64,000 bases of DNA from Lytechinus pictus (Eukaryota), in assembly GCF_037042905.1 (NCBI RefSeq), contig NC_087251.1:34536001-34600000 (forward strand). Direction: 5' to 3'. Within the stretch, counting starts at the first letter, position 1. Each line of letters starts with the position of its first letter. The notes under the pieces were generated by a model. The model was not told where the DNA came from. It saw only the letters and a program-made list of their open reading frames with translations, and made no database searches. Below are positions 25,301 through 39,900 of this stretch, in pieces. Position numbers and translations under genes: made by a program.

Positions 25301-28300
25301 TTAACAAAAAAATAGTGACCAAAATTTATGTTTTGGTGGCTGGATTTAACTCACATTAGCAGCTATTGCCCTTATTCTCTTTGTCCACTTTGCCTTTGTG
25401 TAACCTTCATTAACTCATGCTATATAAGTTATATACTATAACCCCCCCCCCTCATTGTGTCTCATCTCTGGCAACAGATACATTATATATACCATATACT
25501 TACATGAAAATAATAAATTATGTCTGAAGGCTAATTGCATATAACATGCATATTAAATCATTTTGAGGTGCAGTTATAACAAATAATTTCCAAAGATGCG
25601 TTTTGCAATAAGAAGAATTTACCTGTACTTGCTGAGCTAGCTTGTTGGTGATCTTTTTACTGTAAAAGTCTTCAGGTGGCACGTTGAAGCGATGACCATC
25701 AGGATCTGAAGGTTATCAGAAAAGGATTTCAACAAGAATTATACTCATTCATAAAAACATAGTACAAAGAAACATTTTCCCCAAAAAAGCAGAGTAATTT
25801 AATTCATATAACATTTAAATTAACAGGATGGACATTATGGGTTGAACTATAAAGGTGTAACTACTTCAGAAGTAGACAAAGGAGGAGAAGGAAAAAAAGG
25901 AGAAGGGGAAGGAGGAGAAAGAGAAACAGAATGAGAAGGAAAAGGACAAGGATAATTTTAACGCTAAATGATGTCTGGAAAGTTTTATATCAACAATGAT
26001 CTTGGCCCGCGAACAATCGATAAAAGAGCATCCTCATAGCAAATTTCAAACAGTATTGCTCTGTATGCTTTCTGTGTACACTCACCGGAAGCGCCTACAT
26101 CCGTAGCTATGGCATAGAGGATCCTGAGAAGCTGTAAGACATCATCTACGCTGCAAGCACCGGTCTCCTTGCTACCTACACTCAGGCTACCACCATCACT
26201 CTCGCTAAGGACGTGCCCCGAGTCCTGGCTTAGTCGCTGATGGCTGGATGGTCTGGCTAAACCAAGCTGGATGAATTCCTGTACATAAGGCAAGTAGACA
26301 TAATTTGAAATGGTATGTATAAGCAAATAAAATAGATGAAATGCTTAAAATCAGAGTTAGTTGCTTGAAATAACCTGTGGAAAGAATCACACATCTTCCT
26401 TCTTGATTTCGGGAGGAACTGGGTGCAAAGCCAGAGTGATGTCACAGGAGGTAGGCAATTTCAAATAGTTATTATGAAATATCGAAGTGTCTGACTTCAG
26501 GCCCTTAAGGACATTCCCAGTTAAATCAGTTAGTCAGCTGATACCTATAGCTGATTAATCACCTGTTCATCCATTGTGACGTCAATGCGCATAGCGTTAA
26601 ATATTCACAGATCATGATGCGCACAAATATAACTGTGGAACGTTCTTAAGGTGAAGATAACATCACAGGCAAATAGAAAGCTTTGCTTTTTTATGAGTCC
26701 CTCATTTTCATTTTAAAATGTAAATTGTATCTGTCATAAGTTTAATTACAGGTAACGACACTTTATTTATATACTGAACATTTACTACGATATTATCTGT
26801 AATCAAAATATTTTTCATGACATCTATTCTGTTTTGTATATTTACACATATGTATAAATGTACTTTGTGTAACGGACCCCAGTTTATCATGATAATAGAG
26901 TATCTACGAACCCTGTAAGCTGCTATAAGTCTAGAAGAGTTCCTGGTCCTACGTATATTCGTAGCATTACTAGTCAGCTTCCATCTCCTCAGGAATTGAG
27001 CATCTGCTTTCTCTTGTAGATACATGATAAGTTCTGTCTTAGGAAGCCTCTCAGTGCCTAGGTGTCTCTGTACAAAGCCTACGGTCCATGGACCCTGGTA
27101 GATGACAATGACATTCAAAGGTTACATAGGGTAAGATCAAAGGGGCGTTTCATGAAAGATGTCAGAACTGACTGAGATCTGACTAGACTATCTTAGACAG
27201 GCTGATACTGTGGGTAATTTTTAGGGTCTCTTGATGACATATCTCTTTCATTCTTTCTTTTCTTTAATAGCACATTTTTGTAATTTCTGTATGTGATATC
27301 ACCCTATAATTTTGTTTGACCTTTTCTGTTTTAAGCACAAAAGTACTCAAATTCATTTCTTTTGTGATATGCCCTTTTAAAAAATTGTTGATTATTGAGT
27401 TGTCAGCTCTAACAATTTCAGTGAATTCCTTAGTTTTGATGACTGGGGAAAACTGGGGCAAACATATAATAATAACTTCATCTTATAAAGCCCTTTACAA
27501 TGTAGAAAATTTAAAATATACAACCAAAAGTGAATCATTAAGACATGTTATAATATCAAATGCACAATTTCTACAACAAGCTAACTATCAACCAATGTAA
27601 CTTAATGATTTCAGTAGCTTTAAACTGTTATTGCAAACTATTTATTGTAACAAGTTTTATAAAATGGGCCCCTGGTCTCTGACTGCTATTATGTCAGAGA
27701 ATGGCAAATTATCAGCGCTGACAAGCTTCATAAAATTGTGCCCTGAACAGAAGGCACCTTAACAAAATCTGAAAATTAGTTTGTGTCTTTCAGTAGAAAT
27801 CCCAAACTAATCCTCCCATTTCTCGTACATTCTCTGTCCAAACTATCTTTTGGCCCGTACCCTTGAAATAAAACATGAAAAGGCCTTGAGAAGAGACGTC
27901 GTTAAGGACGAAAATCAGTCAAAAGCTGGAAGGCTGGTACCTCTGTTTTAAATGATTTTATAAAACATTTTTATTTATTATTTCTTATTTTACCTACCTC
28001 TGTGTTTTCTATACTTGAGGTGCTTTCATCTTGTGGTCTTGATTCTCTATATACAACACTGTTGGGAAAATCAAAGAGATGAGGGAAACTTCAACACATT
28101 GGTACAGCTTCCTAACATATCTTATATTAGATATGAAGTTCTCCTTCAATGTTTCAGTCATATCAATTTGGACAACATGGAAATTTTAACCTATTGATTT
28201 AAACTCATTCTAGTATATTGCTGTAGGGCCTGATCCACAAGCACAAGTTGATTTTTATGAGGCCCGGACTTACAGTTTTGTACATCTTTGCAGTTGTAAA

Positions 28301-30874
28301 TTATTTTGATTATGATTTTTAATGTTTCTGAATGAATTGAACTATCAATAATATGATTGGACAATTTTTTCATAAACTCAGATCATGTGTTGGAATTATG
28401 AAAGGCAATCTACATTGTGCTTCCAACACCAACACAAAAACAAAACTTGAAATTACTCATTGTGTTTGAAATAAACAATTACTGGTTGTTTCCTGCCTAA
28501 AAGGGAATGAGTCTTACGTGTAGGTTGGTTCCCATATCCTGCGTAACCTATCATGTTTGGTACCAGTGGGTGTCTGCTGATACAGCATCTGAACATATCT
28601 AAAGATGGTGGATCGTAGATCTTCGCAGAATACTTCAGTCTCCTGGACCTGAAAAGACAACAAGTCAACACTTTATTAAGTAATAACAACACTTTGCTTT
28701 TATAGAGCACTTAATACATTGGAAAAGGCTCTTAGTGCTTTACAGAATTCGAGTTGTCGTATCTTGCCTTGCCAGCACACAATGTATGCACGTTCTCCAC
28801 TTTCTTCACTCCCTCTAACAAGAGTTTCTAAACTCAATTCACATCATACCAGGTACCCTTGATCACCTGGGTGGAGAGTGGCATAACCCTTTGCCTGACA
28901 CTGCATCAATTGATGGAAGTCTTAATAGGAATAGATCTTACCCCTTGTAGTCCAGGACCTCTTAGGAAGAGTGCTAGTCTGGGTGTTGGAGTATTATCAG
29001 TCTCGTCTCTAAATGATGTGTCAGGTGTACCTACACAACAAACAAAAATAATAAGTAAAACATTTATGATGATCCAGAAAACCCTCTGATGATCAAATTA
29101 TGTTGAGGGTGTACCTAAATAACAAACAGATCTTTTACATAGCATTATGTAGACTAGGTCAAACTATGATGTAAGTGCATCTAAACAATCAACTATCAAA
29201 CATAAGAGAGGATACACAGCATCTATTTGAAACTTTTATGAATCAAATAACGATTAAGTGTACCTTAATAGAATCCCAAAGACAGCCTTTAAGATGGCAA
29301 GAACATACTTGTGTCAAATTTTGGTGGTCCTTTTCAGGGCCAGACACATGCCCACAAAACAATTTACAGTGAAGACTCTATACTGATGTACCTAAATAAC
29401 AATAAATTATCAAACATTTGAGACGATATAATGCATCTTGTAGACTCTAATGAATCAAACTTAAAGTCAATAACAAACAATCAAGGAGTTCACGCAGGAG
29501 TTGGGGGAGGTTGGGGAGGAAGACCTGCAGGTTTGGTAATTATGTTCATCTTTTCTACAAAGGCTGCCTCTCGACTCTCATCCAGGTGTTATTTTGTTAT
29601 TCATGTAATGCAGATGGGTGTAACTGAAGTTGTTCTCATTGATTCAATGGGGACCTCCTTGTCCTCGATAATCAGGAAGACTTCAAAAGCTACTGAATCC
29701 AGCAAGCTGATTGGCCAGGAAACAATTACAATTGATTTCCAGTCTTTGTGACTGATCACAAGTTTTATCAACGTGGCTCTTGAAGCTTACCTGGTGGGGG
29801 TATCTCAAGGTCTGTCGTCTGTTGGACGTTGGTCCTGCCTGGTCTGGGATCAAAGGCAGGTACCAAGGCAGAGAACTGTCTCTTTAATACATGTTCATCG
29901 TCCCAAGTCTTGCGTCTAACACCTCGACTGTCATAGTCTTCTTCCTCCTGTATGGTTGAGGTATAAATACAATATCAATCTTACATAATGATCTCAAAAT
30001 TATAATGCCTTCCACTGTGTTGAGTAACATTGACATGATTGATGTTGCAATCATCATAGTCCTTTGCTGAGGATCTACATTAAGAACAAATTGGCTGCAT
30101 ACACACAATGGGATTATAACATTACGGCCCGATAAATTCAAGAAAGGAAAATTGGAAAATCCTGCTCAGTAATCTATTTTCAAATAGTCCTACTTGATTG
30201 ATAATATCACATGAACTTTAAAGAAATTTCAAAGTCTCTGACTGGTAGCATTGGTTGAGCTCAAGTGGGCCAGACAGTTCGACTAAGCCATACATCTACT
30301 CAACACTTGCCATTGATAGTTCACATCACGTCTTTGTGTCAATCATGTTGATGTGGATAACATGAAAATAATAAACATTCATGAAATATGGAACAACACT
30401 ATACAAAAGCTCTTACCGTGCCATCGTCGTAGTCCTCTCCATCGCTATCATCCTCGTTCTCATCGTCGAGATCCTCAGGCTCCGGGAACTCCTCATCTTC
30501 CAGCTCTGCCATGAGAGAGCTGGTAGGACAAGGCTCTAAGAACTCATTATCGCTCTCGCTAGAGGTTGAGGTCAGGGAGGTCGCGAGGGCAGAGCTTAGG
30601 GTACTGGTGAGGACAGTGCTGGCTGATGTAGGCATAGAGGTCGTGGTAGCACCGGGCAAGTTAGGAGCACTCTGGGCACTGCTCAGGTAGTTGTCTAGAA
30701 AGGGAAAAATGTAGTCTACATAAGAAAGATTTGATGCATTTATTACACAAAAATAAAACAATTTATTGTGTATTGATGTATTCACAACATTTAGATTGTG
30801 AAATATAAACACCAAATGAATGATATCATTATGATCATCATTATGATCATCATTACTATCATCATCATCATTAC

Positions 30875-30912
<38 letters not shown>

Positions 30913-33900
30913 ACATCATCACCATCATCATCATCACCATCATCATCATCAGCAGCAGCAGCAGCAGCAGAATCATCATAATCATCTTCATCATCATCAC
31001 CTACTAGTCATCATTATCATTACCATTCTATTCTAAGAGTTGGTTTGCTTCAGCCCAGGTGAGGTAACTGGCAAGAGTTCATTCCTTGAAATGCAAAGCA
31101 CATAATAACTGCTCTGCTTTAGCGAGGGGCACGTACTCTGAACTCTGGTTTAATTCAATCTCTGGTCTAATGTTGTAGTCAACTATGGATAGCCAACAGT
31201 GACACTAATCCAGGGTTCCCAACTTTTCAAGAAAACAAAATTACCTGATTTTTCCTTGATGAAGATGAAAAATTCCCTGATAATTATTTAAGCCCATTCC
31301 CAGTTTCGCATGTTTTCTAAGTTGTTGCAGTGAATTACATGTATTTTCAGTAGAAAAACAATAATGTAAAACTAATTATTACCACCATAACCAGTCATTC
31401 AATGGACTCAATCAATGGATGTTGTTTTATATGCAACAAAATATAACAGAGTCTGACTGACTACCATGCTTTCGACTTTTAGGCTGATCAAAATTCCCTA
31501 ATTTTTCACTAATTTGAGGCATTTTCCCCTGATTTGAGGATTTTTTAATCAAATTCCCTGATTTTTTTCTCTGACTGAAAAAGAGTAAAAAAAAAAAAGT
31601 ATAATTTTCCCCGATTTCCCTGATTGGCTGGGTACCCTGTAATTTCTTACAGTACAGGTTCAATTCATCAATATAATTGGTGCCCAATTCGTGTATAACT
31701 GCCTGGGAATGATAACTGAAATAGAAATATTTTTCATCAAAATCAAAACAAGAGGAAAGAATAAAGCAAGAAAGAAAGTCATACAATGGAAACACAATTT
31801 TGATATCTTTGGCTTCCCATAATTTTAGCAGAGTTAGATCATGGTCTATAGTTAAACTGGATTTTGAAATACAGGCCATGGTAAATATGTTATAACAGTT
31901 ATAACTTACTACTTGGCAGGCCAGACGAGGAGTACGGGAACCTCACAAAGCTGGACGTGAAGGTATTGGTCCGATTGGAGAGGGTGCTGTTCCCGCTGCC
32001 GACGCTACCTCTGCTCTGTCTCATCAGAGATGGGAAGGTATCGGCTAGGCTGGAGACCACGTCCTGGTTACTGCTTAGGTTGGGTACGCTGACACTCATA
32101 CTGCTAGTGGTAGGGGGCAGCACGGAAGTAGAACCAGTACCTAATTGAGAATGAGGGAGGGGACATGGTGTGTTATTATATAAAGCAGGGTGGGAAATGA
32201 CGTTTATCTATAAGAGGCTATTTTTTGTTCCTATGATTTCTTTTCCAATATTACGGCGGTATCGTCTCCCATGTTTTGGGAGAAGCAAATAATTAGGAAT
32301 AGTTTGCAATGTATCTATTATTTTTTTAAAGTTGTATATATATTCAATCATGTGCAGATGAGTAATTTTAAGAAATTAGCAATAATTTAAACAAATATGA
32401 TAATGAAGTTTACTGAGCAGTAACAAATACATGAAAATTAATTTGGAGACCGAAATCTCTGTCCTATAGACATATCAAACATTGCATGATTGTAATTTTT
32501 TTCGCTGATGTGGTTTACAGTACAACATGTGGAGAGTTATAGAAACAGTGGAAAGAGGAAGAAAAGGAATTGGATAGGCGAGAAAGTGGAGATTTGAGAG
32601 TAGAGTATTCTTTTCTTGAAAGTAGTCCTGAAAAAGACTGTAAACCAGAAGAGATTGATGAGTTGAAGAAACAGCTTGTGTAGTAGGATGGATGAGGAGT
32701 TGCTGGCTTGAGTCGGCGATTAGAGATGAGTAGAAGCAGCAGAGAGACTCAACGTTTCGGGCAGGTTGACTGTCCGTCTTTTCTTCCTCTTTCCACTGTT
32801 TCTATAACACTCCACATGGTGTACCGTAAACCACATCAGCGATTGTACATGCCACCATGCAAACCTTCAAACAACATCTGTAATTTATTTCTTCTAAATG
32901 TAAGTTTATAAATTTGTGTTGAATTTTTACATACTCTTTTCAAATTATTTGGGGTTTTGTTACTGATAATTCATTGAGTAAATATAAGTACATTATAAAT
33001 ATCCCCTGATAGGGAAATTTATATCATAAACATGAAATCAAAAGTACAAGTCAGTGATATATTTTTTCTTCACGGAAGTATTAACATGTTACCTGTAGTG
33101 GGAGGGAGCTCAATAGCCTCGGAGAGAGCCTTCTCGGAGTCCGTCGCCAGCCTCTTACTCCTTCCTCCACTCAACACAGCACTGACGGCGCCGTCGACCA
33201 CCGCTTCTGTCTCCGCCAGGACCGCCTCTAGGCCGGACCGCATCAACTGATTCTCCATGACAACAGCTGCTGATGCCAAACTGGGAGCTGTGAGATCGGA
33301 GGTGGAGGCGTGATCTTTATCTGCGTGATCGGCAAGCAGGACAGATGGACGGACAGACAAGCAGACAGACAGACGGACAGACACCATAGAGAGAGAGAGA
33401 GAGAGGAACAGGGAGAGTGCAAGAGAGGGAGACAGTGGAACACGTACGTAACAAAATGCAAACAGATCATTGTGCACAAAGACAGGCAAACAAAAATAAA
33501 AGAAATCAAATCAAATAGAATAGAATACGAATAGAAAAGACAGAGTAGCCCATTCAAGTACTAGCTTCTCTTATAAAATAAAGTGCACTATTACAATATT
33601 CACTTTTACAATTTGTTCAGATGTTAAAAATAATCTCCAAAATGCTCTAGAGTATATCACAAATTGCATTATGCAGATGTATTTTTCTATATTGTTGACA
33701 TAAGAAAAAGAAGCTATTTGCTTGAAAAGACCTTGTTAAAAAGATTATAGATGCTATTACTTTTAACAGATTAACGAAAGATACACTATAGACGGAAGAC
33801 AAAGCCAATTTATTTTATAGAAATCTTTCTTTAAAAATATGTTAACCCTTGTCTCATTTGAACATAAGAAAATTAATCAAGAAATTCATAAAGATATAAA

Positions 33901-36900
33901 GAATGTCAAGCACTGCAAAATAGAAGGAAAGCATTCTAAAATCAAAGTTATCCAAGTCACAGCAATACATATAAAATACAAAACTATCACATAACAATCT
34001 GCCACATATCTAAAACAATTTTAAGGACAAAAAATCCTACCATCAAAATTTACAAAGGCACAAGTTCAAGAAGCTTTAGATTACATGCTATACAATTGAT
34101 CACAAGAATAATGAAAAATAAATATAGAACTGAGTACACAAAGTAGGGGGCTTAGGAACAGATAAACATTGAATTCTATTTCACATACAATTTAAGTCAT
34201 TACGAAAGTCATACACAGAAATGTAAACATAGATACAAAAATAGTTTACATTCAATAATAAATATATATACTTCGATCCATTTAAAGTTTGAACACCCAG
34301 AGAGAGTAGTTTCTCATAAGGCAACCACATAATTAATGTACTGCCAAACAAAGTTCATGGATAACCATTCAAATTCTATCCTGATAAAACTAGCTTTTTT
34401 TTTTAATTAGAAATATATCAATCTGAGTATCACGATGTACAAAACTTTAATGAATTGCTTATAAGTATAAAGCATTTTTGCATGGACTTGGTCAATCTTT
34501 TATTAGGTATAATCCAGCTCTGCTAATCTGCCCCTTTGAAATTAATTAGAGCCTACCTGTTTAAAGTATAAAGGAAATGATGGGATTTTTTTACGGGGGC
34601 AGGGGGGGGGGTAACACTTTATTACTTTCTCATGGGAAGCATTCTCGATTGAATTCTTTAACAACTGTCGTAATGCATTCATGAAAAATAAGAATGACCT
34701 ACCTTTGCAAGCTGAGCCAGCATCGGGTCCCTCTCCAGCGCTGAGACTCGGTGTGGAGTTGCTCTTGTTACGACCCAGAATGGGTCCCGTGGCTCCTGGG
34801 GTGGATCCAGGCATGGAGCTGGTGACGGAGGGGCTCCTGGTGCCTGGGATAGTGACCGTTTTCATACGGGGGAGGGGTGGGGGCTCCCTGGAGGGCAGGG
34901 GCTCGTTCTGGGCTGCTGCTTTCAACACAGCAGCTACCAATGCTATTCAAATCAAAGCACATTATGACATATTAGTTCATCAACGTAAATAGTGATTTAT
35001 AAGAGGGAAAATTACAGGGGATAGTAATAATAATGATAATTATCTGGTTATTTACAAGTTGCTAAGACATAATTTGTACGCATCTAAGTGCTTACAGATT
35101 TATGATTACCATGGACAGAGGATTCAATCGGTCATTCCAGCACGAAACAATGCACTTCCTCCACACCTTGGGGAAGTATTACAGCCAGTCGCTATTGATA
35201 ACAATGCATCCCAATTATTCATCTGAAAATCATTCAACATAAATGTTTCCACAACAGAATTTTGGTATCAATCAAGAGATGAGACATGAGAAATACAAAC
35301 TGGGCTCCGTAACACAAAGATTAGCGATCAATCGCTAAATGAAATGACCAATCAATATCAATGTTACATGTGCATTTAGTTTAAACTACTGACCAGGAAC
35401 CAATCAGTGCGATTCTTTCATACTTGCAATTCATCGCAAACCTTGTGTTGCAGAGTCCTGATTGGACATTCCTGATATTGAATGATACAAGTTAACTTCA
35501 CTCTCCAAGCTGTACTATGACTCCGAACACCTTTACCATTAGTTGTTTATTCAAATGCATCCTGGGCAGGCTATATTTGTATTTATGCATTCACTTTTTT
35601 AACTGTCAATAAAATGATGAATTACTACTATTTCAACAAGCTACACCAAATAAACTCATAACAAATTTCGAACCATATCAAAAGTACTCACATTCTCTCT
35701 CGCTCGAAGCAAGACCCTCGGCTTGGTGAGCTCCTTCAAACTCTCTCCATCTCCAATCAGTACTGCGCCCTCGCTGGCTAACCATCTGACGAAGTACCTG
35801 AGAGCGGACCAGCTTACGCTGCTTCCTCATACTTGATTCTGGGTCCTTCACCACCTTGGCAGGGGCAACACCTGGGTGGGAGCAGCAAAATCAAATCAAG
35901 GGCAAATGCATTTCATAATATATTGGCCACATTTAGTTTTTACCTAAAAGAACCATTTTGAATTGGATGGAATTGAACTGTGGTTTTAATGTTGTGGAGG
36001 TCTTATAGATTAGCTGATTTCACATTTCTTTACACACTTTGTATTTCATATTGAAAAGGTATAGGTGTAGATGCTACCTTACAAGGAAATATGATTGTCG
36101 GTGATTTTGTGAATTGCATATCAATGTTTCAAAGTGAACCAAATCTGATTTCATATAATAATTGTAATAATAATACAATAAAAAAGTCACTTTCATATAC
36201 AGCATAATATAAATTTTGAATGATACATATAACAAACAGCAAGGTCATATATGACACAAAAAGTTTGTGACCATGCAACAAAGAGGATGTCAGATTTTTT
36301 TTTTAATTACGAAATTTTACCCATTTTTGGTAAGCTTTCACACCATCTACAAAAAGGTCTGATGAAGCTAGCAGCCTTGCAAACGAGAGCTTACCAAAAA
36401 CAATAAAATGTCATGATTGTGAAATTGAAATGTTTTACAATGTACATCATCACACCAATCAGATGAATCATTTAAAGGGATGGTCCAGGCTGGAGATATT
36501 TATATCTCAATAAATATAGTAAAATTCAGAGTAAAATGCTGAAAATTTGATCAAAATAGGATAACAAATAATAAAGCTATTGAATTAGCTATTGAATTTT
36601 AAAGATTTACATTATTCCGGTGAAACAGTTCTAGGCATATCTTCATGAATATTCATTAGGTGGGCTGATGTCATATCCCCACTTGTTCTTTTGTATTTTA
36701 TTACATGAAATTAGGTTTATCCAAAATTTTTCTACCAAGAACTAAAACCATTTGATTGACAAATGATTAAAGTGTATTGTTATTTATTGCCACAACTTAT
36801 TTCATCATAATGGAGACACATCACTTACACATGTATGAAAAAATGAATCAATTATGACTTCATTTAATAACATAAGAACAAGGAAAGTGGGGATATGACA

Positions 36901-39900
36901 TCATCAGCCCACCTAATGAATATTCATGAAGATGTGCATATAACTGTTTTCACAAAATATTATTGATAAACTTTAAAATTCAATACCATTGTTATTTGTT
37001 GTCTGATTTTGATGAAATTTTCAGCATTTTGCTCAGTGAATTTTACTCTATTTATTTAGATATAAATATTTTCAGCCCGGACCATCCCTTTAAATGACCA
37101 AAGGTGAATGGCTGATGGTATACATCACACCAATCAGATAAATTTTTTCAGTGAACAAGGAGAATGACTGATTAACTTACTCAAATTCTCTTCCACAACC
37201 CCGGTAATAGTGCCATAGAGTTCAAATCCAGAGAGCGATAGATAGTGGGTCTGACCACTAGCATTCTTGCCCATCTGTTGAAGACGGATGTAACGCCAGC
37301 CTTTCTTCTCAGTTGCTAGGGGTTCCAGGGGCCAAGTGGCAGTAGACCTGACAAGATAATAAAAGGGAATGATGTAAAAAAATATATTGTAAAGTCAATG
37401 AAAGCATATAGTGCTTCATACAAAATTAGTACAGGCAAATGAAAGAGCTGAAGGCAACAGTAAGAATTATTTGCAAAAGGGACCTTTGGAACAGTTCAAA
37501 CACCAGAGTCAAAGCCGAGGGAATGTTGCCTGTTTGAAAGGTAACAAGTATAGGTAATTATACTGCTACCCAAAATGATGTGTATTATTTGTTGTATAAG
37601 ATAGTGATGCAAATCTTTGTTAGTTGATACACCATCCTGATCTAATAATCTTAACCAGTCATTATACGTTGCTGATGATCGCGCATCACCGGTCATGTGT
37701 CAATTTATGCAGTAGGAAAAATAAATGCCTTTTCACATCAACATGCATTTCATGATGATTATTATTATTATCATAATCATTATCATTATTATATTATCAA
37801 TATCATTATCACCACCATCATCATCATCTTCCTCATCATCATCCTCATTACCATCGTCATCATCATCATAATGACCATCATTATCTTTATTATTATTGTT
37901 ATTATGATGAGGATGATGATGATTATTATCATTATCATCATTATCATTATTATCATAATTATTACTATAATTATAATCATATGTATTCCTTACCCTGGTT
38001 CATTGAGAGAGCAGTCATCAGTATGGGTGAGTAGGGTCGTCCAAGTGATGCCATCCTTTGACATCTGATACTGCCAGTTCCTCAGGGCGGATCGGCCATA
38101 GCCCCTGGCATGACGCAGGGTATAGGCAGATGGTATCACCCACAATCCAAGGTCTATAGAGTACCAAGCTCGCCTGGATAAAAAAATCAATAAAACAACA
38201 TGTTAAGCATGCAGAGTTCAATGAGAAATGTAAAATAATAAGAGAAGTATGGGAAAAAAGAAAAAGCTACAGGGAGCTTGAAAGAGGTTATCCCAGTACA
38301 TCGTACAGTGCATTGAGACTTATTTGTTATGTGTGATGTGCTACACAAAAACTGACCATTATTATCATTATTATTATTATCGTAATGATGATTGCAGAAT
38401 TCTTTTATATAAAAAAGCATACAAAAAAGCACAAATAAAAAAGTGAATTGATTAGGGACCTACTTTCAAACAGAAAAAGAAGAGATGAATGTTGTATTGC
38501 AAGAAACTTATGTTCAATTGCAAATTAAGCACAAGTCCCAAATCAAGTGTAATGGGGCGTGGCGAGAAAGTCAAGTTGCAAACTTGCAATTTAACACGAA
38601 TCAACTACAAAATTAGCATTTACTCAAAAATAAGCTTTAAAAAAGGGGGATTAAATGAGCAATTAAAACAATATTGATTCACTTAAATATCTGGAAATAC
38701 ATATGTGAAATTCATGTAACTACTGACTTTGCAAGTTACACAACTCAAGATTCAAATTGGATGTTCAAGATAATTCACTTCAAATAATATACAGTATGTT
38801 TTAAAGCACCATCAAAATCAATATAATTCAGTTGATTTTGGTATTACATGCATTTCCATGTAAACATGTATCTGACAAAGTAATAATGAACTAAGAATTA
38901 AACATTTTCAATCATATAATCCCTTGCTTACTTGTCATCATTGGTATGACAGTTGAGAGCTGATGAATCACGGCTTAGGATGTCTTCTATGCGGCCGTAG
39001 GGAAGAGATCGTCCATCGGAGCTACTGACCACTATCAGACCATACTGACCAGGGTTGACCCATTCATAGGCGGTTCTGCGTTGATACAAATAAACATGGG
39101 TATTTAGCATTTTTATTTGCTTTTCATTTATTTCATGTTAGAAATTACAAGAGATTACATGAAATACAATTTTTTCATTAGGTTTTGTTTTTGTCTGAAA
39201 ACATAAATTATGAATGCTTTATTTCAAGCCATGTTTTATTTTAATGAATTAATTACATATGTTGTTCAAGGGTCTCTGTACTTATATTTATTATGTTTAC
39301 CCTTTTGTTCCTACTACATGTATGTATTTTAATCTGCAAAAGTAATACTCTTCTTCTTGTTAATGAGAATATCATTCTACATGGTGAAAAATAAAACAAC
39401 CAACAGCAAACATTAAGAGAATACAACTCTTGCACACATCTTTATCATGCAAAAAAGAAAACTAAAGACACGATTGATGGCATAGCAGACTTCTTATCTT
39501 CCAACACACAGGTAGATTGAATGTTCAAATTTTTGCCTGAATGCATATATACATGTACTCACTTTGCATTAGTTCCCACCCAGTAGATGATTCCATTGTC
39601 ATCAAAATCATGAGTGTGTCTGAACGTGATAGACTGTGCTTCCTTCAGACGATGTACAAACGTGAAGCTCGATCGCTCGTAGTCGTACCACTGCTTGGCG
39701 ACCTACATGAAATAAGGTATATCATCAATTACTGCCAAATTCAAAGACATAATCCAATATTAAAAAATTCTGGTATTTGATTTTGTTTTAAACAACAATG
39801 ATACGAAATCTTCCCTAAAATTTATTTTAGGGCAATGCCATTAAATAATATATTTTTTAATACATCTTTCCTTCATGAACTGCTCAAGTCTTGATAAATG

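Noticed and set aside
30791..31007. Poly-Met / poly-Ile ORFs (also 37697-38068 and 57890-58169)
   Set aside because: Translations of ATC microsatellites
32868..32880. Poison or alternative terminal exon (ag|AT GTT GTT TGA)
   Set aside because: The polypyrimidine tract is weak, and the sequence is better explained as part of the inverted-repeat retroelement remnant
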